A DNA stretch of 64,000 nt from positions 310,001-374,000 of the forward strand of contig MCFH01000034.1 in NCBI GenBank assembly GCA_002104945.1, in the 5' to 3' direction. The stretch is from Piromyces finnis finn (Eukaryota > Fungi > Neocallimastigomycota). The position numbers and the translations under genes were made by a program. Of the stretch, positions 22,562 through 39,836 are shown piece by piece; within the stretch, counting starts at the first letter, position 1; each line of letters starts with the position of its first letter. The notes under the pieces were generated by a model. The model ran no database searches. It was not told where the DNA came from and saw only the letters and a program-made list of their open reading frames with translations.

Positions 22562-25500
22562 CTACTTTTGTTGATCTTTAGTAGAAGTGGTGGTAGTGGT
22601 GGTACTGGTGGTAACGGTGACATTTGATGTCTTTGTTTTCCCTTTTATGTCTTTATTGGCTTTATCTTTTTTATCAGATTTATTCGCATTCATTTGTTTT
22701 TCTTTTCTTTCTTTTTCTTCCTTTTCTCTCTTTTCATTTTCTAACATTTTTAGTCGTAAAGCACATCCAGATTCTTTTCCTGGTTCTGATTTCAAATGTC
22801 TTGCTAAGGCATCTGATCTTGTATAAGATTTATTACAAATCTTACAAACATACGGTCTTACCCCAGTATGTAACTTTTCATGACGCTTTAAATCATGCTT
22901 ACGACTAAAAGAGGAACTACATTTATCACAAGCAAAAGGTCTTTCTCCAATATGACTAGTTCTTATATAGGTATAATTATTGGTATATGTATTGTTGGTT
23001 CGAATATTTTTTCCATAGTCATTATACGGACTGACATACATAGATCTACTCTTTTTTGAAATTAAATTTTGGGAATTAATAATAGGTGGAGTATTATTCA
23101 TAATCGTTACGGAGGATGAATAATTTGACACAGGATTGGATTTAGGATTGGAATAGATGGAACTAATTTTTGGATTACTAAAGATATTGGTGGTACTAGA
23201 CTTTGCTTGGGTGGTTGTCGAATTGTATATATTAGCTTTATTATTTGCAGTGGAGGAATTTGAATAGATGGAAGAAGCTAAATTAACCGTAGAATCATTC
23301 ACATTTAATAAAGGATTGGCTTGAGTGGAAAGAAGATTTGAGGAATTCAAATAGGCAGCCGTATTTTCATCTGTATCCATCATATCTGATGAAAGATATT
23401 TATTAGTAGCTTGAGGTGGATGAGGAACATAAACAGAAGAGGTAGGTTGCACTTGATTGGTATGTTGATTTGATTCTTCTGTTATAGACATATTAGAATC
23501 ACTATCATTATCCTTTGGCCCATTACTATCATGACCACCTCTAGGATCAATCATACCTTTAAAAGTATCCACGGAACTTTCCGTCTTCAATTGATTTTTT
23601 GCAACGTCGGAGGTATCAACTTTAGTGTTGGCAGACTTTATTGAGCCATAATTATAATAGGAATCAAAATCAAAATTATTTTTAAGAATAATATCATCTA
23701 AAGAAATCATAGTAGAAGATGTACGATTTGGTAAAGGATAAGTAGAATCTACCGAATGATTTGACTTTTTGTTTGAAAGTGTTGGGAATAACTTTTGTGC
23801 AGGAGATAAGATAGTATTTACAGCTTCTGGATTTTCATGCTCAAGATCATTAGATATTTTGGTTAATTCTTCAGTACTATTCATGTTCATTGTTAAGTTC
23901 AATGCGTCTTTCGCTGATGAAATATTTTGTTGAAGATGATTATTTTTCGATAAAAGAGAAGATGGATTTTGTATATTAATGGACGATTTAGACATGAGAG
24001 AATAGTTTGTCAATGTATTAGGATTAATATTAAGTGAAGAATTCAAGGTAATATCACTTTTTGTATCAACTTCCATACCAATATCCGCAGTACTATGAAT
24101 AAATTCATCTTTTATAGGCTTTAATTGGGTAGGATCCGGTGTATTGGTTTCAAATTTCGAAATATCTTTCAGGGTTAACTTTTCATTGAAATTATTGTAT
24201 AACTCTTCTTTTGGTACAAATTCATTTTTAGGATCATTTCCAGGGAGTGTTTGGAGTTGAGTCATTGCTAATGGATTCATACGAACAGCATAATTTCTTG
24301 AAATATGAGGATAAGATCCAGCCTCATTAAGACCAGCTTTTTGAGGAGCTAAATTAAGGGAAGCTGCAGATATTTTTGTGGCTTGAGTTGAGCCACTATG
24401 TACTGAATTAATTGAATTAGCATGGGACATTGGATTATAGGAGCTTTGGATTGAAGGGACTCTTAAAAAGATGGTTGAACGACTATCTACGGAAGGCTTT
24501 GATTGAATGGATGATGCTGAGTCATTCATAGTTAATGTTTCTAATGAATAGAGGGTATTCGTTTCAGAGTCATCTTCCATAGAAATAAAAGAGGCTGCAT
24601 CATTCAAATCACGATAGTTCATCCATTCTGGATGATTTCTTGGTAATGATTTCTCAAAATCAGCTGACTTCATACTATTTATAGAATTTTGATGTGGAAT
24701 AATGGGTGGAAATAAATTTTGATTTGGCAAGGTCATAGACCTTTCTATTGAATTTGGATTTGTAGAAGGTGTTGAAGATGGCTTAACTTTACTCATATTA
24801 TAAATAGATTTTAACTGTTCTTGTTGAGTTAATTGTTGTCTTAATTGAAGCTTATAAAGTTTTTGATATTCTTGTTTTTGAAGAGCAATGTTTGTATTTT
24901 GATTTTGTAACATTTGTTTTATATTCTTTTCCGAAATATCTGGATTTGAAAGAGTTAAGGGTTTTTGGTTAAGAAGGTTTAAATCTGATGAAGAATTGTT
25001 GGAAGCTTGAAGAGCTAATAAACTTTCATTAGAAAGATTATTATTTTGTAATGCTATTAATTCTTCTTTAGTGATTTTTCCTAATAAATTTGAAGGTGTT
25101 TTTGCCGTTCCCAATTGAAGTAAACTTTCATTCGACAAGGTTGCATGGGATGTTAATGAATTTTGGTGTTGCAATGAATATAAGTTTTCATCAGATAAAT
25201 TATTTGGTTGAGCTGTTGATAATGTATTTTTTAATAGATTGTTTTGATAATTTCTCTGTTGTAAATTTAAAAGACTTTCTTGGGAATTATTTGAAATTGG
25301 TACAAGACCACTACCTGATGATGGCTGTACAGCAAGAATACTTTCATTTGAAAAGTTATTGTGAAGAGAAAGAATATCTTCATTGGATAAATTTTCTTGT
25401 AATGTTAATAAATCTTCATTGGATATATTAGGTGTCGATTGAAGGGTAAGAATATCTTCATTTGAAATATTATTTTGAAGTGTGAGAAGATCTTCATTCG

Positions 25501-26713
25501 AAATATTACCTTGTTGCTGAAGACTAAGCAAACTTTCAGTAGAAATATTAGTTGGTAGTTGGGTTGTCTGAGATGGGATGTTAAGAATATCTTCATTGGA
25601 TATATTATTATTACTTATTCCCAATATTGTTTTATCAGGGAGTTGATTCTGTAATGAATTTGAAGAGCTTTGATGGGAAAGACCTAATTGACTAGTAAGA
25701 GTACTAACGTTCCCATTACTATCGACACTTAATTTTCTTTGAGACGAATTTAATGCAAAAGTAGGTTGAAGATTAGAAGAATTAATTTGTTGAAGACTTA
25801 ATAAATTATTATTGGTTGCTTCATTAGGATTTCCAGGATTACCTAATGGATCCAATAAATTTGGATTTATACTTGTTTTAGCAATGTTTTGGGAAAGTAA
25901 TGTTTTGTTTGTTATTTGATTCAATAAATGTTGCTGTTGTTGCTGTTGTTGTTGAAGCGATAATAAACTTTCTTCTGGTAGAGTACCAGAATTTGCTTGT
26001 AAATTAATCAATGAGGATAAACTGTTTTGAATTTGTTTCTGTTGTTGTTGAAGGATTAATATATCTTTTGCTATATTATTTTTATTGGCATATGAAATAG
26101 AAGAAATGGTCCGAGTAGGGATGACATCATTATTTGATGCAGCTTGTTGTAATTGAAGTTGTTGTTGATATATTTGTGATTGATACTTTTTCATTTGTTG
26201 ATATTGTTGAAGTTGTTGTTGTTTATGAATTTGGTTTTGAAGTTCCTGAATTTGCTGTTGACTTTGTTGCAGTTTTTGTAATTTTTGTTGAGTAAGTTGC
26301 TGTTGATGAAGTTGTTTTTGCAATTGCAAAAGTGTTTCATTTTTCGTTATTTGTGGATTGGATAGAGAATGAGAAGCGTTTAAAGTATTAACTTTTGATG
26401 CCTGAACATTGTAAATGCCTCGATTTGACACATCCGGTCGTGGTATTGCTTGATTCCATGAATGTAACTTTGCCATGGCATTCATTGCTTGATTTCTTGA
26501 TAGAAATGATGAAATACGTGTTGGTAACACTGGTTCTTGACTTTCATTTGAAGAAACAGTTAAATCATTGGTTAGAGATGAATTCATTGTAAAATTTGTA
26601 GATTCTTCTGAATTCAAAGAAGAATAGTTAACCGATCTTGTTGAGGATGGCAATGATGAAGGTATTGAATTCATGGTTAAAGGTATTGAATTTAAATTAT
26701 TATTTCCATTCAT
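22562..26713 (-). CDS. C2H2 zinc-finger transcription factor with Crz1-like fingers and a long Q/N/S-rich disordered N-terminus (1383 aa)
   Basis: Single long ORF. GERPFACDKCSSSFSRKHDLKRHEKLHTGVRPYVCKICNKSYTRSDALARHLKSE resembles Crz1 fingers 2-3 (R.HD.KRHE.LHTG; RSDAL.RH). Contains poly-Q tracts. Confidence 0.8.
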   Translation of the reverse strand: MNGNNNLNSIPLTMNSIPSSLPSSTRSVNYSSLNSEESTNFTMNSSLTNDLTVSSNESQEPVLPTRISSFLSRNQAMNAMAKLHSWNQAIPRPDVSNRGIYNVQASKVNTLNASHSLSNPQITKNETLLQLQKQLHQQQLTQQKLQKLQQSQQQIQELQNQIHKQQQLQQYQQMKKYQSQIYQQQLQLQQAASNNDVIPTRTISSISYANKNNIAKDILILQQQQKQIQNSLSSLINLQANSGTLPEESLLSLQQQQQQQQHLLNQITNKTLLSQNIAKTSINPNLLDPLGNPGNPNEATNNNLLSLQQINSSNLQPTFALNSSQRKLSVDSNGNVSTLTSQLGLSHQSSSNSLQNQLPDKTILGISNNNISNEDILNIPSQTTQLPTNISTESLLSLQQQGNISNEDLLTLQNNISNEDILTLQSTPNISNEDLLTLQENLSNEDILSLHNNFSNESILAVQPSSGSGLVPISNNSQESLLNLQQRNYQNNLLKNTLSTAQPNNLSDENLYSLQHQNSLTSHATLSNESLLQLGTAKTPSNLLGKITKEELIALQNNNLSNESLLALQASNNSSSDLNLLNQKPLTLSNPDISEKNIKQMLQNQNTNIALQKQEYQKLYKLQLRQQLTQQEQLKSIYNMSKVKPSSTPSTNPNSIERSMTLPNQNLFPPIIPHQNSINSMKSADFEKSLPRNHPEWMNYRDLNDAASFISMEDDSETNTLYSLETLTMNDSASSIQSKPSVDSRSTIFLRVPSIQSSYNPMSHANSINSVHSGSTQATKISAASLNLAPQKAGLNEAGSYPHISRNYAVRMNPLAMTQLQTLPGNDPKNEFVPKEELYNNFNEKLTLKDISKFETNTPDPTQLKPIKDEFIHSTADIGMEVDTKSDITLNSSLNINPNTLTNYSLMSKSSINIQNPSSLLSKNNHLQQNISSAKDALNLTMNMNSTEELTKISNDLEHENPEAVNTILSPAQKLFPTLSNKKSNHSVDSTYPLPNRTSSTMISLDDIILKNNFDFDSYYNYGSIKSANTKVDTSDVAKNQLKTESSVDTFKGMIDPRGGHDSNGPKDNDSDSNMSITEESNQHTNQVQPTSSVYVPHPPQATNKYLSSDMMDTDENTAAYLNSSNLLSTQANPLLNVNDSTVNLASSIYSNSSTANNKANIYNSTTTQAKSSTTNIFSNPKISSIYSNPKSNPVSNYSSSVTIMNNTPPIINSQNLISKKSRSMYVSPYNDYGKNIRTNNTYTNNYTYIRTSHIGERPFACDKCSSSFSRKHDLKRHEKLHTGVRPYVCKICNKSYTRSDALARHLKSEPGKESGCALRLKMLENEKREKEEKERKEKQMNANKSDKKDKANKDIKGKTKTSNVTVTTSTTTTTTSTKDQQK

Positions 26714-29700
26714 GATTATTTCTGTTTTCTTTTTAAAAAAAAATGCGTTGAATGAAATTAAATCTTTTTGAATATAAAGTATTATAAAATAATAATCTTT
26801 GATGATAGTAATATAATTATATATATATTAACTTTTTTTTTTACTTTTATAAATTAAAATTTACAAATATATATAAAGTAATTTATGACATATCCAATTG
26901 GTATTCATTGAAAATGGTAATATTTATTCTTTTAATTTCTTGATTAAAACTTTATTAAAATTTTTTAACTATTTGAAATGTGTGTTTTATTAATGTTAAT
27001 CTGCATAATCATTTAAATTGAATAAATATTAAAAATAAATATTTATATTTATTGTTAAATATTATAATTTATACTTTGATATTTTATAATAAAAACAACC
27101 ATTACCTTTATACAATATAATAATTAATAATTAATTGTAGATGAGTATTTAATAATATTGAATAAATAATTTTATATTTTGATTATTTTTATTGATTAAT
27201 AATAGAAAGCATTACAAAAAAAATATGAATTAGAAATGGGTTGAATATTTAATCATTATTGCTTGTTATTTTAATAATAAATATAACAATTTATTTATGA
27301 AAATAGTAATTTAATTATGATATTATAAAGTAATTATGAATAAGCAATTTATTACTGATTGTGTAAATGATACTGATTATTGAATAAGATAAATCCTGTT
27401 ATAAATTATTTATGATAATATCTACTTGATATATATATATATATTTATGTTTTTGTTCTATTTATGATTATTTCCTTTTTTATTTATTCAAATATATTCA
27501 TTTTTATAAATTTTATAAAATTGAGCTGATAAAATTTTTACAGGAATAAAAAGAAATATGAGCAATCTTTGTATAATATTTTTCTCAATTCCTTTATGTT
27601 TATAATATATGTGTTATTTCAGTTCTAACGATTAATATGATAATATGGTAATATTTATAATAAATACTAATTTCCTTAAATTAATAATAGTTTGGTACCA
27701 CTAAATTTTTATTTTTATTTGAATTTTAATCAAATATTTTCTTGATAATATTTTATTTTTTTTATATTGTATATGGTGTATATGTATTATAGATTTTGTT
27801 ATTATTTTTTGTTCATGTTATAAATGTTCTTTAGATATTACTGATAGAGTTTTTTTTTTTTTTTTAACTAAGAGGTATTTTTCATTTATATAATATTTCT
27901 TATACACTATAAAAACTTTTTTTAACTTAAATTAACAATCTAAAAAATAATTATTCTATTCTATAAAATTAGTACATGTATATATTTCCTTTTTTTTTTT
28001 TTTTTTAATTAAAAAAAGGAAAGAATGGTATTAAATTTATAAAACGATATATGAATATTATTAATATTTGTTTGTTTTTTGATTTTGTTATATTGAATTA
28101 TTGTTTTTTTTTTTTTTTTTTTTTTGACTTTACAAATATAAAGTTTTATTAATAAATGAAAAGGTATGAAATAAAACCATTAACAAACAAACATTAACAA
28201 ATATACATGAAATTAAGATTAAATTTACTGATTTTTTAACAATTTATACAATAAAAAAAAAAAAAAAAAAAAAAGATAAAATATATATATAATAAATTAA
28301 TTACTTTAAATAATAAAAAAAAAAAAAAGTAGGTATTAATTTTAATTTATTATTTTTAATATAATAAATATAGTTTGTGGTTGATAATAATATAATATTT
28401 TTTTTTAAAAAAGGAACCATTCAACTATTAAAAAAGAATAGATATTAAAAAAATTATATTTAATAATTTAGTTTAGAGAAGGATAATTAAATATATTATT
28501 CCTTTTTTAAAAAAAAAAAACGGATGAATTAAAGAAAAACTCTAATACTATTCATTACTAATTTTCAACAATAAAGGCTCATTAAGTTTTTATCTATTTA
28601 TTCTTTATCAAAAAAAAAAATACCCTTTTTCCTTTTATAATACTATTATTAAGAAAAAAAAAAAACTCTTATTTATTATTAATTATTAATATTAAATATA
28701 GAATATATCGATATATATAGAATAATAAAATAATAGTTTGTTTTTTTTTTCCTTATTATTTAAATAGTATTATATTTATATATTAATGCTTAAAAATTGG
28801 TACCATCATACCAGAAAAAAACAAGCAACATAAAAAAAGGTTTTCCTACATTCATTGATGGTATAATGAATTAACATTTTATATATTAAGAATGTGATTT
28901 ATTATATGAACAATATATTTAATTAATAAAGATTTAATATCCAATTCATATAATATCACATATCAATAATATATTAAATTTATTAAAATAGTGTATTTTT
29001 GATATTTTAATTCTATAAATTAATATAATAGGTTGTGGAATTAAATTAAAAAATGAAAAAGTAATTTAATATAAATTAATCATTGTAGAATATAATGTTA
29101 AATAGATATAAAAAAAATTTTATTTTTTTATATAATAAATTAAATAATTAAATTAAAATTTAATATTAAAATATATTTTAATATAATATATTTAATCCTT
29201 TTCCATTTATTGGAGTATAAATGCTTTTATATTATTCTTTTTTAATTAAATCTTGTAATGAATTTTTTTATATATATCCTGAAATATTAAATTGCTATCA
29301 AGATAATATAAAAAAAAAAGTAGTAGAAATACAGCAACTACTCATGTAGGATTATAAATGCACTTTTTTTTGAATGCCTTATTTTAAAAAGAAAATAATT
29401 TATAAAAAGAATAATAAATTTACAATAGTATTAAAAAAATAAAATTTATAACTATAAAAAATTTAAACTACCATTTTAAATCATAATTTTAAATTAAACA
29501 AAAGAATATTCCTAATCTATAATCTATACCAGTTCATGATGTATTATTCAGAGAAAATTAATATATATTGAATTTTATTATATAGAATAATATATAAAGT
29601 AATATAATTAATTATATTGTAATATATATTATAAATAAATGGAATGAACTAGACTCAATAATTAAATAATATATATATAACTAGGTGTATTACTAATTAC

Positions 29701-30480
29701 CTATAAATGTAAATCTTTCTTTTCTATCCATACTAACTTTATAATTTAGTTGAAATGGATTTTGTAGCTTTCACTAAATAAAAGTAAAAGTAATTATTTT
29801 AAAGCATGATGGAAGAATCATATCCTATTTATTTATTTATTTATTTTTTTTTTTGTTGATAAATATACTAATTAATTATACATCAAAGTTTAAAATGCTT
29901 GAAGATTATTCATTAATAAAAAAAATTAAAAATAAGCTTTTATTTTAAATTAACATATAAATTATAATAATAAAAAATATATAAAAAAAGGTTTATTATC
30001 TGGGAATTTTGTTAAACCTTTTTTTCATATATAATAATAAGTTTATATATTTCCAAAAAAAAAATTAAATCTGTGTAAATCATTTTAAAATTAAAAAATT
30101 GTGTAACGTTTCATAAAATAAAGTAATATAAATTATTATTATAATAAATAAGGTTTATTCATATGATAAGAAAAAATAAAAATAATACTGGTAGGTGATT
30201 ATTACCTACAAATTTCTATACCTATAAATTATTTTAATATGTCTTTATATATTGTATTAATATGCCTATTATGTTGCTCTATTAAACTCTATTATATAAT
30301 ATATTCATTTTCTATTATTAATTAACTTATTACAATAAAATAAAATGATGAAATATAATAAAATAGAATAATAAAACTAAATGAATTTAATTTATTTATT
30401 ATTTATTAAAATTTATGATAATTAATATATTTGTTGATTTGGATACAAAAAAAGTATTTAGTTAATTATTCATTCACTCA

Positions 30481-30481
30481 T

Positions 30482-30528
<47 letters not shown>

Positions 30529-30617
30529 CTTATTTGTTTATTTATCTATCTATTTATTTATTTATTTATTTATTTATTTGTTTGTTTATTTATTTATTTA
30601 TTTATTTACTTATTTGT

Positions 30618-30660
<43 letters not shown>

Positions 30661-30685
30661 TTTGTTTATTTATTTATTTATTTAT
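30481..30685. repeat. (TTTA)n microsatellite with interruptions
   Basis: About 200 nt of TTTA with occasional TTTG, TCTA and TACT variants. It explains the spurious FIYL ORFs. Confidence 0.95.
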
Positions 30686-31542
30686 CCTTTTAATAAAAAA
30701 ACAGTTTTATATGGAAAAATTGAAAATTAAGGTTTAAATTATTAAAAGATTGATTGTAAAAGGTTAAAAGAAAATAGTAATTTTGTATTAAATGTAAAGG
30801 AATAAGTTAGCCTTATAAATTTTATTTAAACGTTAATTAAAACAAAAAATAAAATAATAAAATCTTTTTTTTTTAAAAAAAGTACTACTTTTACTAAATA
30901 TTATAAATATTAATAAAACAAAATATATATCAAATCACCTAGCGTAATTCTTATATTTGTATAATTAATAAATATATAAATCGTTTATTATTTATTTAAT
31001 ATGAATTATAATAATAATAATAATAATTGTATTATATTAATCCTTTTTTTGATTACTATTTAACAATTATATCAATACTTTAATATAGTTTTGAGTTATA
31101 TATATCAATTTATTATAAAAAGTGCTAATAAAAATTCATCCTTTAAATATTTAAATATATTAATATTTAAAGCTGGGATGTTAAAGAATAATTATTAATT
31201 GTATTTAAAAATATATCAAAAAAAAAAAAAAAAAAAAAAAGAGGAAAAAACAATTTTTAATTAAACAAAAAATTTTATATAACTTTTTATTTAAAAATAC
31301 TTTATATATTTTAAAACTTTATAATAAAAAAAGAATATATAGATAAAAAAAATAGTATTAGTATAAAATAGAAAAAATATTTAACAATAAGAAAAAAATA
31401 AATATTCATTATTGCATTATTAATTGTATACAAAACTATATATGTTTATCTAAAACGATAGAGAAATTAATGATATTATTTTATATTAATTTTTTCTTTT
31501 TAATATTTTTGAAAATCATATATATCATACACCTATATTCTT

Positions 31543-32828
31543 TTATGATTTTGTTGATTTAGCATATTCTCTAAGTTTACTTTTATTAATTCTTTGCATA
31601 GTTTTATCAGACAATGAACCATAAGTTTGTCCTACCTCATTCTTAAAACCTTATTTTATTAATATTATTTGAATAAATTTATGAGATATTTATTAAAGTC
31701 TTTCTTTGAATATTAATATATAAATATATAAATATATTTATAATAAATACCTGGTAGATAACCAGTATAACCTGGAATAGGATTTTTAATAGTTAAATTA
31801 ATTTTCTTTTCTTTTGGTCTTATTAATGTATATGGATCGTAATCAGGGGGTGGTGTTTGAAATTGATCAATAGCTTTTGTAGAATTTCTTGAATCTATAT
31901 TTCAATATTTAAAATTATTATGATTGATAAACGTAAAAAAAAAAAAACAATGAATATATATAATATAAGATAATATAATTTTTTATAAATAATCCTTTTT
32001 TTTTAAAAAAAATGGTATATTATTGTATTCATTATAAAAATGATTAAAAAAATATTTACAAGATTCTCCAAAGTAATTTTTAATATATGGAACATGTCCT
32101 TGATATCCAGCAATAAAATATTTTTGTGGGTGATTTTTTGGAAGTTTATATGCAGACATATCTTCTAACAATTCAGGATCATGTCTTGTATTATATGATA
32201 TTTTGACATTGCGAGCTGTAGTAGGATCAACTGGTGTTGGATGAACATTATCAATAATATTTTGTACAGCATATGTATTTTCTCTATTTTTTTGAATATA
32301 ATTGAACTCTGCCATAGCTTTTTGATTGCATTCCATAAATGATTTACCAAATTGATCTTTCGAAAGTGTGACAAATCCTTTTATTTTAATAATATTCGAT
32401 CATTTTTATATTAATTTGAATATTTGTTTTTAATATATAGATATATATACATTATATACATTATAAAAACATAATAGATATAATTAAATATAAAATTTTA
32501 TGTTTAATTTTTAATTAAAAAAAATAATACCTTGGTATCCTGGAATTGGAGGGAATATGGTTTTTCTATCATCATCACTTCCTTTTCTAAAGTCAACTTT
32601 CTTTTGCCATGGTAATGAACATTCAACTTCTTTAATTTTTTGATTATATGTATCTTGTTCTTTTAAACGTTTTTCCTTAAGTTTTGCATTTCTTTGAAGA
32701 CATGGATCGTTTGCAACTATTTTTTTTGTTAATGAACAATAGGTTTCACCAAATGAATCCATCATTGATGGAACAAATCCTGTATATCCTGAAGTGGCAA
32801 AATATTTTGTTTCATCTAATATACCCAT
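31543..32828 (-). CDS. FAM166/CIMIP2-like ciliary microtubule inner protein (PYG repeats)
   Basis: Four exons join in frame, giving four repeats: SGYTGFVP..FGETY, IPGYQGFV..FGKSF, IAGYQGHVP..FGESY, IPGYTGYLPG..VGQTY. TAA at 31545-31543. Confidence 0.75.
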
Positions 32829-34252
32829 TTTGATTCTGATATTTTATATTGAAATGAAACTAACAAAATGTTGATTCTATTTAGGATTAATATAAAATTT
32901 TGATCTTTTTAATTTGAGTTATAATTAAAAAATAAAAAAAGATATTTATTTATATGAATAGTATTAACTTTTTTCTTATTTATTATTATTATTATTATAA
33001 TCAAATGTATTAAATAAAATGGTAAAATGTAAAATAATTAAAAATAAAATGAAATATAAAAGTTAAGTTAGAATTATTATATCCACTATTGTCATCTATC
33101 ATCTACAATATTTTTGATAATTTAAAAAATAATAGTTAATCTTATTATATTTAAAGTTTGTGGGAGTCTACAGATAAAAATAAAAATTAAATCATTTTCA
33201 TTTATATATTTAGAAGTCATTTATTATATTTATAATAAAATTAAAACTTTATTTTTATTATATTATTTAAAAAAAAATTAAAAAGATTGCTAATAGTATT
33301 TTTTGTTATATATATTTAATGTTACTTTTTCCTTTCTAGTTAATTACTTTATAATAAAATATATATATTAGAGTTTTTCTAAATATATACAATATGTTTT
33401 TTTTTCTTTTTTAAATAGTTGCTTCTCATCATTAAAAATTCTAAATATTTAATTCATAAAAATTTTTTTTCTTCTTAAAAAAAAGAAAGTCATACAATTT
33501 CTTTTGTTTTAAATAAATGTTGACTGATATTTATTATTTTAAAATCATTATTAAATTATATATGCTAATTATAAAGAAATTATATAAAGAATAAATGAAG
33601 CTATTAAATAATTTTTATAGAAATTAATATTAAAAGAGAACATATAGAAATAGAAATAGCATAAAACGATAAAAGGATGTTTTATAATATTTATTATTAA
33701 TTGATTTTAACATTTAAACAACTTGATGGGATTATGTTACTATGCTATTATCTTTTATTCTTCTGATAATAGAAAAAATTAATAATGGTTTATTTTCAAA
33801 ATTAAATAAATAAGAATGAAAGGATAATAACATTTTTAAATTATGTATTCTTTAAAACGCAAAGTATTATTTTTTTAATTTCTGTTTTTTAAACTTAACT
33901 GAATTCTCAATAAGTTATTTTAATATTTCTTTACATAATTTAGATAATATTTCATCATCGATTTAAATAAAATATTATTATATTGCTACTATGCTTTAAT
34001 CTTATCATTTCAAATTTATAATATGTGTTTATAACTTTGGGATAGGATTTTAATAAAAAAAACTGTTCAATTCCAATATTCTCTCTTTTTTTTTTTTTTA
34101 GATTATTCTTTTTCAATTTTTAAATTTTAATTAGTTTTTATCAATCCTCCATTCGAAATAAAATTATTAATATTGTGTTGATAAATTTTTGCTGTGACAT
34201 ACATTAATTAATTTAATGTATTAAGAATGTATTACGTTGTAAAATATTAAAG

Positions 34253-34308
34253 TAAATAAATAAATAAATAAATAAAAAATAAATAAATAAATAAATAAAT
34301 AAATAAAT
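34253..34308. repeat. (TAAA)n microsatellite
   Basis: About 13 copies with one interruption. Confidence 0.9.
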
Positions 34309-34785
34309 CAAAATTAAATAATCTTAAATTAAAAATTAAATAAATAGAGTTCTTTGTTTAACTTTTTTTTTTTTATTAAATAAATAATATTATTATATAA
34401 AAATTATCTTTATTTTTAGTATTTTGAAAGACTTGAATAATACAATTTTATATAAAAAAGTTAATATTAATTTATTTAATTAATTCTGTTTTATTGAAAA
34501 GGAAAGAAAAGGTTAGTATAACAATTAATAATATTTGTATATATTATTAATTGAATTCTCCTATATATATATAGAAATAAAACAGATAAACAAATATTTT
34601 TTTTTACTATTTAACTAAAAAAAAAAAAAAAAAAAACAGTAATAAACCTTTTTATTTTAAACCAATTCATTAATAATATTTCATATTTTTATTTGTTTTT
34701 GTATTTTTGTTTTTATATACTTATATCCAACAGGATAAATAAAAACCATTTCTTAGAAAATTTTGAATAAATAATATATAAATAA

Positions 34786-38767
<3,982 letters not shown>

Positions 38768-39226
38768 ATATATAAAGCAAAATAAAAATAAATAAAAAAT
38801 AAAATAAAAAAATAAAAAAATTAATACAAAAAAAAAAAAAAAAAAAAAAATCATTATCCGTTGATCCATTAGAAAATGTCATTTAATAAAAAATAAGCAA
38901 TAATTAAAATAATAAAAATAAAAAAATAAAAAAAAAAGCATTAAAAATTTTACAATATAAAAAAAGGAAAGGAGAAAAAAAAAAGGACTTTTTATCCTAA
39001 TAATGTAAAACACTATAAAACTAATAAAAAATATATATATATATAAATATTACAAGATAAAATGAAATCCATTCATAATACTTTTTAAACCTATAAAAGA
39101 TAAATATATAAAGCCATATATTTCTTTTTTTTTTTTTTTTTAATTAGAACATGAAGAAAATAATATTTATAAAAGATACACAAAAGATTATTTATATCAA
39201 AAAACAAAACGAAAATAAAAATTATC

Positions 39227-39257
<31 letters not shown>

Positions 39258-39836
39258 CTTTTTTTTAATCTATATTTTTGTTATTAATAACAATTTTATT
39301 ATTATTATTAGTTATTATGGTTGACCTTTCCCCTTCATCTCATTACTTATAGGATAATACACATTACTTATTAAATATCTAATAGGCTTAATTTAAATAG
39401 ATATATATAAATAATTAATTGGTATAAAATAAATAAAAAAAGTTACAAGGGAAAAAGCTATTTTTTTTTTAATCTATTTTCTATGCTATGCTAATATATA
39501 AATAAATATAATTTAAATGGGAATAAATTGAAACCTAATTAAGTATTATAATGATAATAATGGAAATATATAATTGAATGAATAAAATAGCAACTATAAA
39601 ATAAGGGAATTGCTTTATAATTACTATTTTTAAATTTTTGTATTTTAAAAGAAATTGAGATAGTTTCACAATTACTCTTTTTTCATTTCCTTTCTTATTT
39701 TTGGATCTTATTTTGCGCGAACTTAATTATTAGTTTTTATAATATTATTCTATTTTTTATAGTGTATCTAATTTATTTATGTGATTATTTGAATATTTCA
39801 AAGTAAAATAATTAATATTTTGTTTATTTAAAACAT

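Noticed and set aside
30431-30737. ORFs of FIYL repeats
   Set aside because: Translations of the (TTTA)n microsatellite.
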